Assembly: GCA_047495785.1 (NCBI GenBank)
Contig: JBLDXI010000046.1
Coordinates: 1,736,001-1,800,000, forward strand
From: Lepidodermella squamata
Lineage: Eukaryota > Animalia > Gastrotricha
Length of the DNA stretch: 64,000 nt
Direction of reading: 5' to 3'
A program made the position numbers and the translations under genes. Shown here piece by piece: positions 38,747-51,989 of this stretch; within the stretch, counting starts at the first letter, position 1; the number at the start of each line of letters is the position of its first letter. The notes beneath the pieces are model-generated. The model searched no databases, was not told where the DNA came from, and worked only from the letters and a program-made list of their open reading frames with translations.

Positions 38747-41700
38747 ATGCTTTCAACTAAGTCTGCTAACACTGATCCAGGTAGCGCTAAGACTACTGAA
38801 AAATCCCTGGAAGTGATGTCAGGTGCAGCTCCTCCTAATGAGCAACAAAAGCAGACGGTGACTAATTTGAAAGAGAGTGATGTTGAAAAGCGCGAAAATG
38901 TCTGGTTCAAGCAAGAACAGACCGCCAGCAGTCAGCCCGTTACGCTTAATCGTAAGCTGTTATTTTATGATCTTTGTTTTCTTGATCAATCATTTGTAGC
39001 AGAAGAAAATGTTAAGGTTGTCGACAAGAGTGTCAAATTTGCCGACTTGATATCGCAAGATTGGCCCACACTCGACGAGGCACAGCGACACCGTCACGAG
39101 CCCCATTCGGCCAACCCACCATCGGCTAATTTGAAGCCGAGCAAAAGTGAAAATAACCGAACTTTGCAACCGATTTCTAAGAGCACTCTCATGGCGAGAT
39201 CAACTACTAAAAGTAAATTCCAAGAAATACAATGCGATCTTAACCGTTATTTTAATCGTTTGATTTTGTTTAGATCGTATCCCGATCAACACTTCGACGT
39301 CGCGAAAGCGTCAAGTTCAGGCAGAAAGTCATAATGAAAACCAACATAATTCAAAGACCGAGAGTTCTGAAAATACACAACCACATTCGAATGCTTCCGC
39401 AAGGCCTCCTGTTGCTACGACAGTTCCATCACAATCGGTTCCGCGAAATGGCAGCGGGCCTGGCCCCGGTGGCGGTGGTGGGGGATGGCGCGGTGCAGGA
39501 CATGGCTGGCGCCGTCCGCCGGTCTCCCGTATTCGGCACCCTCCTCCATGGTTCTTTAAGTGGCGCCAGCAAGTTATCGAACGCAAAGAACGCGAAAAGG
39601 CGGAGAAATTGGCCGCTGAAGGTAAAATTGAAGGAACTGCCAATGAAGAAAACAAACCTGGTGATGAAAATGCCCCGTCAACTTCTGAAAATGCTGCAGC
39701 GCCGACTGCAAGTGAAGAAAGTTCAAACGTTAACAAGCCTCAAGAGCCCACAAACGAATCGAAACCCGTCAACGGTTTCGGCGGTGTGCGTCGGCCGTTC
39801 AGAACGCCTTGGGGGCGTGGCCGGGGCGGTATGGGCTATCGCGGCCGCGCTCGATTTGTAAGATTTGGTCGTGCCGACACGTATCCGGTTGAATCGAGTC
39901 GTGCTGCTGCTAACCACTACGGAAAGTCAGAACCTCTCTCGGAGCAATACAATAATGGCCAGTCTCCAAATTTCCCGGTCGGTGGATGGTCTGGCGGCTC
40001 GATGGGAATGGGCCCAATCGCCGCTGTCCCGCCAGCTATGTACATGGATGCCGAAGCTGCCAAAACCTTCGTTCGCCAACAGATGTGAGTAACCATTGCT
40101 AAGAAGAAATACCTAAATTTGTATAATTTCGTACTATTTCTTCCAGTGAATACTATTTGAGCGATGACAATCTCGCTCGGGACATCTATCTGCGCCGTAA
40201 AATGGACTCAAGCGGCTGGTTATCCCTTGATTTGATCGCAACGTTTCCTCGTATTTTCTCGTTTACGAACGACCTGACGTTAATAGTCGATTCGTTGAAA
40301 GACAGTGAACGCGTTGAATTGTCTTCAGATGGTCATCTCATTAGACCCAAGTAAGAATATCAAAATTTCTATGTTATGTTTTTTCATTTTTGTATTATGT
40401 AAAATAGATTTGCGCCTGAACGATGGCCCCTGCCTGACGACTCGCTATTCAATCCGCCAGGCTTGTCCACTCACCCGGCGCCTTCATTCACCGGGTCGAC
40501 GTGGCTTCCGGATCAGGTGTCACCGGACGGCTCAGCAATCATCGCCGACTCAGCTGTCGCTGGAGGTGCGAACGAAAATGATAATGGCAAGAGCAAAGGC
40601 AACAAGACACTAAACCCGTATGTTGGTGAATTCGTACCGAGTTACTTGATGGCGCAACCGCAGCATTACCAGCAACACCAGTATCAACAAGGTGTATACA
40701 TTTCGCATAATAATAACAGCAATAAGAAACATGACGCCGAGGAAGACGATCTGTTCGACTTCAACTCGATCGCGCTGCTGTCGACGTCGGCGCCCGCGAC
40801 GCTGTCTCCTGCCGCGCTGCGCAACCAACGCGCACTGCTCATGCAACACTACCGCAACCACCACGCGACGGCTAGCAGCGACAGTCGCGACAGCGGGGTC
40901 GCCGAGTGGATGGAGGTGTCCAGCCGGAAACGCCGCCGCAGTCTCCGCCCGCACAAAGCCGACCAAGGCCATCTCAATCAAGGCTCGAAGAAGGCCTCAG
41001 ATCTTGACTTCGAGTTCGAGGAAGACCGGCCGGCCGATGAACAGACGATGAACAGGCGGATGTTTTCGAGTTACGCCGAGCAGGAGTATTCGGATGAAGA
41101 GGGCGATGACAATGACTCGGATGAGTTATCCGACGAAGAGCTCGACACCCTGCTTGTCGTCGCGCCCGCCGCTCAGTTGAACCGGATCCGCAACCGAAGT
41201 GGGTCTGTCAGTCTCAGAAGCACAACCACCACCACCGCCACCACCTCATCATCAGCTCAGCAACAGCCGCAACGGCCAGTGCTCGGCTCGACATCACATC
41301 AAGACGATTTAGGCCATCAGCACAAGAGCCGCGTGAAAGTGACTCAAGAGCTAGCTCAGTGGATCAGCGATGGGTTGTACTGTTATGAGCTCGAGTCGCG
41401 CAAGAATCGGCCGAAAAAACACTCCAAACCCGTTGCTGCTGAAGGCTCAGACCTGGATAGCCCGTCGTCACCTGTCGATGAAGTTGGCGGCGGAGAATAT
41501 TATCCAAAGAGTCAGCAGTACAAGTCGATTAAAACTGTTTCTCAGGCTGAATTCGAGGCTCTTAGGAAGGAACATTCCGAAGATCATAATCAGGACCAAA
41601 ACGACGCGCCACCGCCGCCCCCGCCTCCTCCCCCACCGAGTCGGCAGGGTGGTGCTTGGAAAACCCGTAAAGCTGAAAAACCTGGTTGGCCGATCGCGAG

Positions 41701-43386
41701 AGTCAACGACGTCCAAGTCGCTCATTCCCTGCCGGACGACCGTGTTGCGGCCGCCCAGCGGTTACAAGCTCAGCATCAGAGACTTGGCGCAGTCGGGTGC
41801 CGATTCCATGTCTCATCGATGGAAGAACTCGAAAACCTGCCTTCGTCTGCCGAGCAATTCGGTGCTCACCCTCAACAGCGCGTCGCGGTCGAACCGGCGT
41901 CGAAAAACAACCCTGCGATCGGCTTCGTTTTCACGCCGAAAGGCCGGCAACAGCGGCCACAGCGGTCGAGGAACACCTCGATGTCGCGAGACAACGCGTC
42001 GGAGGTCGCTTCTTCATTCGGCTCGACGGCGGGTGGCCCGCAGCTGGGCGGTGCTCATGAAATGCTTCGTTTAGCCGGCTACGGTTGGCACGATTACTCG
42101 CGGTTCAGGGGGCGGTGTTTGCGCGACAGGGCGCAGGCCGGCCCCGGGCGCTCTACGACGATGAACACGTTGTACCGTTTCTGGTCGTTCTTCTTGCGCC
42201 AGCGCTTCCACCGGCCCACTTTCAACGAGTTCCGCAACTTTGCCTTCGAGGATGTGCAACTAGCGGGCTCGCGCTACGGCCTTGAGTGCCTGTTCAGGTT
42301 CTACTCTTACGGCCTCGAACGTCGTTTCCGCAACGACCTATTCCAACTATTCCAAGAAGACACCATCGCTGACTTCGAAGAAGGTAAGAATCATTAACTT
42401 TTTGGATCACGTTATTTAAGCCAAGTACTCGATGCTTTTTTATTCTCATTTTCTCGCAACTCTTAGTTCTATTGCTCCATTGCATGGTGTCACGTTAATT
42501 AGCGGCTCGTTTTAATTTTTTTATCACGCTGTATTGAATATGACTAACTTCGAGCTGTTTAGTGCATTAGCGCACGCTTGTTTTCAAGTTTCTTAAGCAA
42601 ATAGCGGGCTCGAAGGTGGGCGCCGATTGTAATGTTTGACCAGATCTTCATTCGTTTGTTTGTTTTGCTGATCATTTTACGCGAGTCTACTACCCTACGC
42701 TGTGCTAACTATTTCCTCCACCGATTAAGGACTTCATGCCTCTATGATGTACACGTTTCGTCGAGAAAAACATCGCGTTGGGGTAGGACACGGCATAAAA
42801 CATAATTTTATGGATGAAGCATGATGGGGGAATTTTGTTTTCGATTTTATTGAAAGCGAGAGGCAATACGGAGTTGCAGCGAATACCCTATATGAAGTTG
42901 ATGGAAAATTCTGAATAATGGTAGAAAATTGATAATATGCCAAAATGCACGAGTACTTGGCTTTAATCTTATCGTCGCACGCTCGAACAGAGGTCACGCC
43001 CACGCTGTGGTGCGGCCTCCCTAACAGCCAGTGCCAAATAATTACCGAAAATACCATTTGTCACTTTGGAGCTTCCAACTCCTCTGTGATCAGAAGCACC
43101 GGTTACATGTTGTGTTTTCCTTCTAGGCTATTTGTATGGCCTGGAGAAGTTCTACGCATTCCTGTTCTACTCGGGCAAACGACCAGCGGTGTCGAACCGG
43201 CTGCGATCGTACCTCGAGCTGTTCCCGGCGATCGAGGACTTCCGCAACCATCGCTCAGACTCGCCCGAGGCGCTGAAGGCGTTCACTGCTCAGCACCTGC
43301 GATCTTCATCACATCATAATAACACGAACAGCCGACCGGCCGGCAAACAGCTATCTTCAGCGTCATCGGTGGCAGCCGCCCAATGA
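38747..43386 (+). CDS. LARP1: La-related protein 1 (La module, PAM2, DM15 repeats); ~6 coding exons, last exon 43127-43386
   Basis: VRQQ|[24 protein letters not shown] (La motif); [11 protein letters not shown] (PAM2-like); [15 protein letters not shown]-like, [16 protein letters not shown] and [11 protein letters not shown] (DM15). Confidence 0.95.
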
Positions 43387-45714
43387 TGGGGAAAAAAGAA
43401 ACCGAAAAATGAAAACCCGAACCAAACAAACTATCAAAAATGAAACAAAACAGGCGATGATTCAGATCGTCTGCGTTTGATCACCTTCACTTGATACCTA
43501 ATAACTGATAATTGGATTTTGATTGGACGTGTCTGCGTGTGTGTTTTTGTTGTTTTTTGTGTTTGATGTAATATAATAATTCCGACATGTGTTGTATCGA
43601 AAATCTTTACTACTTACTACCACATCTATATTACTACTAAATGCCATTGTAATAACACGCAAAACACTTCCTCTTTCTCTTCTTCTTCATCATCTTGATC
43701 CGTCTTTTTCGTCTTATTCTTTCGCCTTGTTATTATCACTATTACCATATATCTATATCATTATTCTCCTTAATAATTTCGTAGCTTTAAGCTGACTGTG
43801 TCTAGTTTTTCTTGTTATTTGCGTCTTTTTCTTCGTAAGCAGCATCGTCATTCAATTGTTCAAGCTTTTGTAATTAGATAATATAGTAGCATCGTGCTAG
43901 TGAGTGATATATCAACAACTTTGTTTCCTCTTTTCATAACCTTGTGATCGCGATTCGCCCGATATACATCTATAAAATTATTATTTACGGATTATTATAC
44001 TGATGACTGTACATAAATGTATAAATGAGAGCGAAATACAACAATTAGCTACAGGAGTTCATTCGCGGACTGATATCGGGCTTATGAGGATGATGTTAAG
44101 GTGCAGGAGTTCTCGCGGGTCAGCTGGTTGCTTGTACGACCTCCATTTCATTCAAGAGATAAGAGAAAGAAGAAGCAGGAGATACAAACTACTTCCTTTC
44201 ACCTAAAATGTGATTGAATTAGCAAAATTGAAAAGTTATATCAAATTCTATCAAAGATGACTATATTAGCAATTGTTTCAATTCATACACACATTATTAT
44301 GGAGTGAAATTGACGTTATAGCTTATTACATCTTTTTCGAGAAAGGTTATTATTGTTATAATTGTTCGCCTCAAATGATAAGAGATCTACACGATATTTA
44401 AATAACACGCTATAGAAAATCATGTGAATTTGATGCGTATTAACAGTGTCTGGCTCCGCCTAAATATTCATCAACTTTTGACTGTGCAAAAGAGTTCGTA
44501 ACTAATCAAAGATAATAGCTGATTATCTAACTATATTCTAGTAATTTTGTGATTTTTCTATTGTGCGCTCTTTAATTTCTATGCAAAATCAAAATTCTTG
44601 TTAGAGTTGAGAAATGTAATTATATTTATCCTTTGATGCGTATTACTGTAAATATTTAACAGATTAAAATATATTTACAAATCGTCGTTCTTCCTTCAGT
44701 TGAAATCAAATTAATATGGTTCTATTCATTTGCCTTAGTCACTAATAAGGAATAGATTCGACTCTTAATGGCTTCGATTACTGCCTCTTGTGAAGCTATT
44801 TACAGCCTTCTCTAGAAATGTGAAAAACCGGGCTTCATCAATCTTCAAATAATAATAATAATTCAGTACTTGCTTCAATGTTATTTTCATGGTTAATCAC
44901 TCGTGTGCCGCCAACCCATCCCCGTTTTGAGGTGTCAATCAGTTAAATTCGGGTGTACCTCTCTCCTACTGCTGCTGCTGATTTCGCACATCTTTCACAG
45001 TTCATAGACTGATACTTCATTGATGCTACATGTACTGCTTAACATATAAAATGTCGGTTGTAGATAGCATTAATTCGATTGATATGCGCACCCGCTTTGT
45101 GAAATGATTCCCCGCGCTTCGTTTCTTTCGCGTCTTGTACCTGTAATTCGACTTTTCTATTCTTCCGCGCGGATCTTCGCTGCTTTTGGCAAGGTGCAAA
45201 GCTGTTGTAATAATGTTATGTATCTTCATAATTAATAATTATAACTGGCTCGTGTTTCTCTGTTAAAATGTATAGTTATTATTACACTTCGTAATAAACG
45301 GTTCAAAAAGCAAAGCAAAAGTCTTCGTTTTCGTCGTCGTCATGGCATTTTTAATGATGCTCGTCGATTTTCGGTCGCGCAGGAAAACACAAATTATAAG
45401 CACACTTTTTGTGTAATAATAATCATAATTTCTCAGGTTCGTTTTTTTCGGCACTAGGTTTATGACTCGACTAAACGATATGTAGAGCGGGTTCAACAAT
45501 CATCACAAACATATTTGATAAGATATTTACATATCTTTTGACTAACACGCACAAATAATATCGGAAGATGGGGCTTTTCCCGGTGTATAGACCGGCTGTG
45601 ATCATCATCAATCATTAACGTGAGAGAAAGCGTAAATTTTTGTTGTTGCATATTATGAAAGTTCACAGGCTGAACGAACGAACACTCAGTACAGAGTTAT
45701 ATATATTGCGAATT

Positions 45715-48700
45715 TTAAGCAGCTTCGATGAGTTTTTGAGGTTGAGCACTCGATGTAGGATGAGCCGCGCCGAAATCACACGACTGCGGACCCGACGTGC
45801 CGTTTGTTGCTGCCGACTCGATCTGCTTCGGCTCCGCCGGAGGAGACATTTTAGTGACGGCAGCCGAAGCCTCATCACGCGACATGAACAGTGTCGCGTA
45901 AGGTAGCAGGCTGTGCAGCTTATTTCGAAGTGCATCGACCTTATCAGCCGATAGCGGGGTGATTCCCAGACTCCAACCTGCTCCAGAACGACGACCTTGA
46001 AAACAGAAACATGAAAATTATATTATCGTCGAGTAATCATTGAAATAAGTATAACATCAAATATTCTTTCGTACTAAAATCACAATTGGCTTAGATCGGA
46101 ATTGAAAGGAACCAGATGGGTACGATTTATTGCGATCTATCAGCAATGTTCTTCGAGTTTGTGATTTTACTGAATGGACCAAGCCCCTTCAAATAGGTCA
46201 AGGATTGCTTTTCAGAGTATCTTTCAGGGGAACCGAATCGGAATGTTGCGGAACCTATTTTAGATAGGGCAAAGGTCGCTTTTCGAATATTTCTACGAAA
46301 TTAGGGCAATGGGTGAATTCCATAGTATAAAATGCGTCTTATACAGATATTACGTTGAATTCAAAGATGATTCATTTTAAATTATGCTGATTAATCATGA
46401 AAATCCTTGAAATTTTTGAAAAAAGGTTCAGGCCCATTGGAAATTACAAAATTTGGTTCCGCTAATAGTAATACCCATTAATTTCCGACTAATCTAAAAG
46501 GAGGCTTACTAAATCCAATACTTTGCTAAGCTCAAACAGATGCACCATCACAAGATGAAACTATTAAAAACTTATGATATATTGACCTATTCAACAAGAT
46601 TCGTACGAGTTATGTATAAAAATACTCGAGAATTCCTCGGATTTACAATGAACAAAATAAAATGAATGAGCTTACCGTAAACGAGAGCATTATAGAGGTT
46701 TGAGCAGGTTTTCAGCGATGGCGCCAGCGATGACGAAGCGCCTTGTTTTACGAGGGATTCAAGGCGCGTCATGATTGCCTTGTAAGCACTCTCCTGGCCG
46801 GCAGCGGTCTGATCGAAGTGGTACAAAGCCCGCGCGTAGGCCACAGTCTGCTCCAACGACGCATTGCTGCCGAGCTTCGTCATCCACTCGCTGTTGTACG
46901 CGGCGGCTTTCGGCACGGCTTTCGAACCAAACAACGCAGATAGTTGTTGATCGATCACTCGCTTGATCAGTTCTGACGACTGCGTGTTATTTTCAAGCCA
47001 ATGAAGCAAACGGACGACGCAGAAATGGACCTGGGCGTTGTCTAACGAGGACATGTGAGCGGCACGGCGGACTGCGGACAGCATTCGCAGGACGACTCCG
47101 CGTCGCCAGTAGACTTCGAAAGCGAGCAGGTGCGATTCGATCAAATCGGGCGCAGCTTCGATCAGCGGCCTGGCGTAATTAGTCGCGATTTCAATCGCGT
47201 TACTCGGATGGGCAAGTTGCTCGGGGTCTAGAGTCGCGTTGCCATCAAGTCCTAGCGAGCTGAAGGAGGACGACACTTGGGCAACTCCGTCCTGCTCTTT
47301 TTCCTTCTCTTTCGCAGCGTCTTTATCGCCGTCTTTCGGGTCGGCCTGGTGCTTCGCAGCTGCTTTCCGCTGCTTCGATTTCAGCTTTTTCCGCTCCCGT
47401 TCGTTCATCGCATCGTCGCCGTCTTTGCCCGCGCTTCCGTCAGCGTTGTCCACCCGCTCGGCGAACTGCGGGTCGTCGGCCAAATCGCAGTATATTCCTG
47501 CGCACAACTGAGCCGCTTTAACGAAAAACCGGTGGCGGTGCTGCGAATCCGTCAGGCGCACGAGTTTGACATACGCCGACAGGGTCATTTTGCGCGGGCA
47601 GTACGTGTGGAAGTCGAACTGGTCTTCGTACATTTGCGAGAAGTGGCGTTCGATGTCGTGGCATTTCTTGAGCGCTTCTCCGATTTTTCCGAGATTGCGA
47701 TAGGCCGATGCAGTTTCCAGTAAAAACCACATGCACTGCATGTCGGACAGCGCGGCAGCCGCGCTACCGTCATTCGTCGAAGGTTTCGTGAATTTCGACA
47801 ACAAATTGTCCGCATCGTCGAGACGGCCGGCGCGAATCATGTAACGAGCACATTTGTAATTCAAGTAACGATCGGCCGTGTCGAGCGACTGCGCCTCGTC
47901 AGCCCACGCCGCTGCTGCGTTGATGTTTCCTGCATGTTTGCAGACACGTGCCATTCCCAGCAGAAGGTCAGGTAAAGTCGGCACAATAGCAATCGCCTGA
48001 TTCATTACCGAAATAGCCCTGCAATAAAATAACACAGTTGAAGTAAAACTCAAACGGCCGCCTTAATATATCAATCAATTTCGTCAGTTCTGATGCTACT
48101 GGTCCTGCAATCTGAAGATATGGCTTACTCTGTGGTCTTCGACGCGAAATCATAGTGTTGAGCTAGGAAGAAACTGGCCCAGATGAGAGAAGTCGGTGGC
48201 TCCTTTTTGGCGGTATCATTCTTGGTGAAATGGCCAGAAGCATTCAGCTCTTCGACGAATTCCGTCATGATTTTACCAATGATTTCGCGCTTTTGAGCAT
48301 CAGAATATAACGGGCGTAGTGCAACAAATAGTGGAGGAATGCCTTTTTCTATTCCGTCACGTAAATACTGCGTGAGCAACTTTGTAAACGTGGCATTTGA
48401 AGCAGGAAGGGCTTTCAGAGCAATGAAATGCAGTCCAGGAGATTTGGGATAGCGAGCAAGGAAATCATTCAGAACAGCTTCCAATGCAGCAGGGTTAGCG
48501 CAAGAAGCGGTGATTTTCTCCGATGGCTGAGCAAGGGTCACGCCAGCCACGATTTGAGCAAGTTTATCCGCATAAAGACGGTTTTCAGGGTTCCTCTCCA
48601 GCAACGTTTCGTACATCTTTTTAGCATCCGCCATACGCCCGGGCATTTTCATCAATAAATCGCCCTTGGTCTCCATTAGCGTAACAATATCACACACTTT

Positions 48701-49519
48701 CGATTCATTCTTTGTCAAAAACTCGTAACTGTCTGCAATCCGGCCAGCTTCAGCCATAATCGAGGCCATGTATAGAATGAGTTCAGAATACTCAAAATCG
48801 AGTTCTTTCACATCCAACGTTTTCTTGAACTCCTCAAGCACCGATAAGGCCGTTTTAAAATCTCCAAGTAAATGCAGAGAAACGGCGTAACCGACCCAGG
48901 ATGCCTTCTGAGATGGCCTCAGTACGAGAAGTTGGTATCTGGTATCTTTGTATCCATCCAGATCACGCATTTGCACCTGAGAAACGTACACCACATTCAA
49001 CATTAGCTCGAGACATATTCAAGGAGAAAATACCTGAAGCAATGAGAGATCGCGTAAAATTTGAACATTGTCCTTTTCCCACTTCAAAGCATTCCGATAG
49101 GCTTTAATCGCTTCGTCATATTTATGCATAGCACGCTGAACTAAACCATACACGTGCCAACAAACATGACTCTGCAAATCGTTACGTAAACCTCTCCGAA
49201 CAAGGTCCATGGCATCGTCCCGTCTGCCGGTGCACATCAAGATGAGACCCTTCATGGCTAGTGTTTCTAAACGTAAAACAACTTCGCATAAACATTTCAG
49301 GGGTGATTAGTGAACTCTTACCGCCATGATCCGTGAATTTAGGCTTCGAGAGAATCTGGTTCGCAAATTTGATACCATTTTTGTACTGTTTCATTTCATA
49401 GCAGCGCTGTATCAACACAATGTGAGCTTATGTATAGTTAAAGTATCTTGTTTTAAACGTACCACTACTCGCCGAAAGAGCGCTGCTTCCTTCGGAGGCA
49501 GAGGATTTTTTGTCGGCAT
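45715..49519 (-). CDS. NAA15: N-alpha-acetyltransferase 15/16, NatA auxiliary subunit (TPR); multi-exon, last exon 45995-45715
   Basis: [19 protein letters not shown]|[31 protein letters not shown]|[36 protein letters not shown]. Confidence 0.96.
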
Positions 49520-50054
49520 GGTCCAACTACCGTAACTTTTAAATTCCCTATAAACAGCAATATCAATCGATGAAATTACGACTTAATACCTAAATGTGGA
49601 AACGTGATCATCCGATCTCCATAAGGCAGCAAGTTTTGAATTAATTCAGAAGACATAAAGGCAAGGGGTAGGTGTGTAACAGCGGAAAAATATAGATTTG
49701 AACCATTTATGTAGTCAAGATTTGAAGACAGGAAGTACACACAGGGTCACTTGATTGCCATCGATGGATCCATATTGATAGCTCGGGTGAGAGAGGGCAT
49801 ATATTACAAGCTACATGGAGATTACATTCTCCAGCCTCCAGCACGTTGACATGAATTTTGACGTAATGAAGGTAGAAGTTTGGCGTAGTCCTTAGCCGCG
49901 CACTTAATCACCGCAGAAGCAGGAACAGCAGTCGTGGACACCTCAAGCGGACAGTGTTTCTCATTAGGTGCTAATCATGCGGAATAAACGGCAAGGAACC
50001 GGCTCGAATGAATTGGAGCCTCCTCGAATTTCGTTGATAGCATCCCACCCCCAT

Positions 50055-50106
50055 CCTAACCCTAACCCTAACACTAACCTCTAACCCATAACCTAACCTT
50101 AACCTT
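50055..50106 (+). repeat. Degenerate interstitial telomere-like (CCCTAA)n tract
   Basis: cctaaccctaaccctaacactaacctctaacccataacctaaccttaacctt; a reverse-sense short tract ggggttagggttag..ggttag lies at ~63827-63849. Confidence 0.8.
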
Positions 50107-50699
50107 AATCTTGACCCTCTGAGAGCGAAATTGGAAACGGCATTGTAGGCGTGAAAACTGGGAAAACAGTAAGCTCTTAGCAATGACCGAAGAATCGAGT
50201 AATGGCGAGGAACCTCACAAGTAGCATTTGAACAAACTGAAAGCCAACTTTTTTTACAAGGGCGTCACCTATCAATTCCTTTTCCACGTTACGACTGAGA
50301 ATCCATAACGCCCATTGAAATATTGATTCGCTACGGAGAAATGTAACTCTCCATTATAAAACTGGTGAAGCGAAAAAGTCTGAGAAATCACCATCCGACA
50401 TCAACCAAAACTCTGGCAGCTGACAGCTGACAGTTCGACAAACAGGTAGGATCCAGCAAGGGTTTTACCGTTTTACCAAAGAAAAATGCATTTTCTCCGC
50501 GGAATTCTATTTTTTTGTTTGAAGAACAAAAAAATGACAAAAAATGCTAAATAGAAGCAGAAAATTAAATAAATAATTTATCTTTTAAAATGGTTTGCAA
50601 CAATTTTTAAATGCATTTAATCACTTAATTTGCCGCATGAGATTCTTCATTTTTTTCAACATCTTTTCCATTTTCCCCTCCATGTTTTTAATCGCGCCT

Positions 50700-51100
50700 A
50701 GTTCGTACGTACGGCGCTCCTCAAGGCTCGATTATCGGCCCACTGTCGTTCATCATCCTCATCAATGAATTACCAGTTCAGTGCATCGCTTTTTGCCGAT
50801 GACGCAACGATTGTAGCCCGCGGGAAAACGCCTGAAGAAGTTAAGGCGAAGGAAGCTTGGGGTGGAATTTCGCAGTATGGCGATTGGTTATACACCAACT
50901 GTCTTAAAGTTGACGGGGACGAATATAATATTACGCTATTTTCCAAAAAATAGGTTTCTGCCCTCACGATTCAATTCTGTGAAGTCGATCTGCTTCGACT
51001 CGATCACGTGAAGATCTCGGGAGTCTCTCTGGACTCGAAGCTCACCACGGTAAGGCACGTCGGTCATCTGATCGAAGCCGAAAGATGTAGTACACCACGA
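50700..51100 (+). mobile_element. Decayed non-LTR retrotransposon (CR1/L2/Jockey-like) reverse transcriptase fragment
   Basis: GAPQGSIIGPLSFIILIN (50713-) frameshifts into FADDATIV (50792-); then WLYTNCLKV and HVKISGVSLDSKL..H, the usual RT palm/thumb motifs, with a frameshift and a stop. Confidence 0.8.
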
Positions 51101-51989
51101 AAAGCGGCTTGGCACGCCAATCTAAAGACCCTGAGACCCCCGACCCCCAAAGCACTCTCGTCGCTAGTCTAGCCGATAAACCAGCAGCATTGACACAACA
51201 CTCGAGGCGCTTCCACTATGTATCACGTCAATCCGTTGTGCAAGCTCGCCGCAGGCCAACGCTCGTTTCTAACCAAGACCATCCAGTGTTAAAACCAGCT
51301 CTCAGCGATGATCAGGCTGTCTGCTTCATCGAAGACGTACCGGCAAGGCATGCTTAATTTCCTGCGCGAACAGGCCGTTAACGACAACACCAAGGTGAAG
51401 GGCGAGCAAAAGAAAGGAAAGATCTCACGCCTCTTTGCAGCACCTTCTCCTTTGTAGCACAGAATCATCAGTTTGGAATGGAAATGCCAAGACCTACACT
51501 GGTGCACAATTAAGCCCCTTCCACTGTGAATTCACGGTCATTAAGTGGTAAAATTGTATCATCATAGATCTTCAAGAATACAAGCACACTTCAAGGATTT
51601 GCAATGATTTGATGGTGCAACCATATTATAGCTTATTTTTCACCAGCGGTGTGCGAATTGCAGACCGGGATTGAGCGGACTTTGTTGCGTAATGTGTAAG
51701 TATTTGAAGCCACGCCGAACTCCGACTATCAGAAAATACAGAAATAAGAAAATAGGCTATCAAAGAAGCACCTGCTAGCCGATCCTTTGGCGATTCAGGT
51801 TTTCATTGAAAGGGCACTTTCGCAATACCAGCCCTCAGCGCCATATTATTCGTTGTTTGGACTTTCGACCATTGTCAAGTCAGCTTGTACTGGATCACCG
51901 GCGTTAAATCTCTTTTCTTTTAACCGCATCGCAATCGTGGTAAATTTTGTGTCATTGTTTTGATTGTTTTCAGATCCATCGATACATCG

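Noticed and set aside
18480-43386. Functional clustering of LARP1 with its TOP target RPS3A and other RNA regulators
   Set aside because: The genes are ~19 kb apart with unrelated genes between; chance in a compact genome is sufficient.
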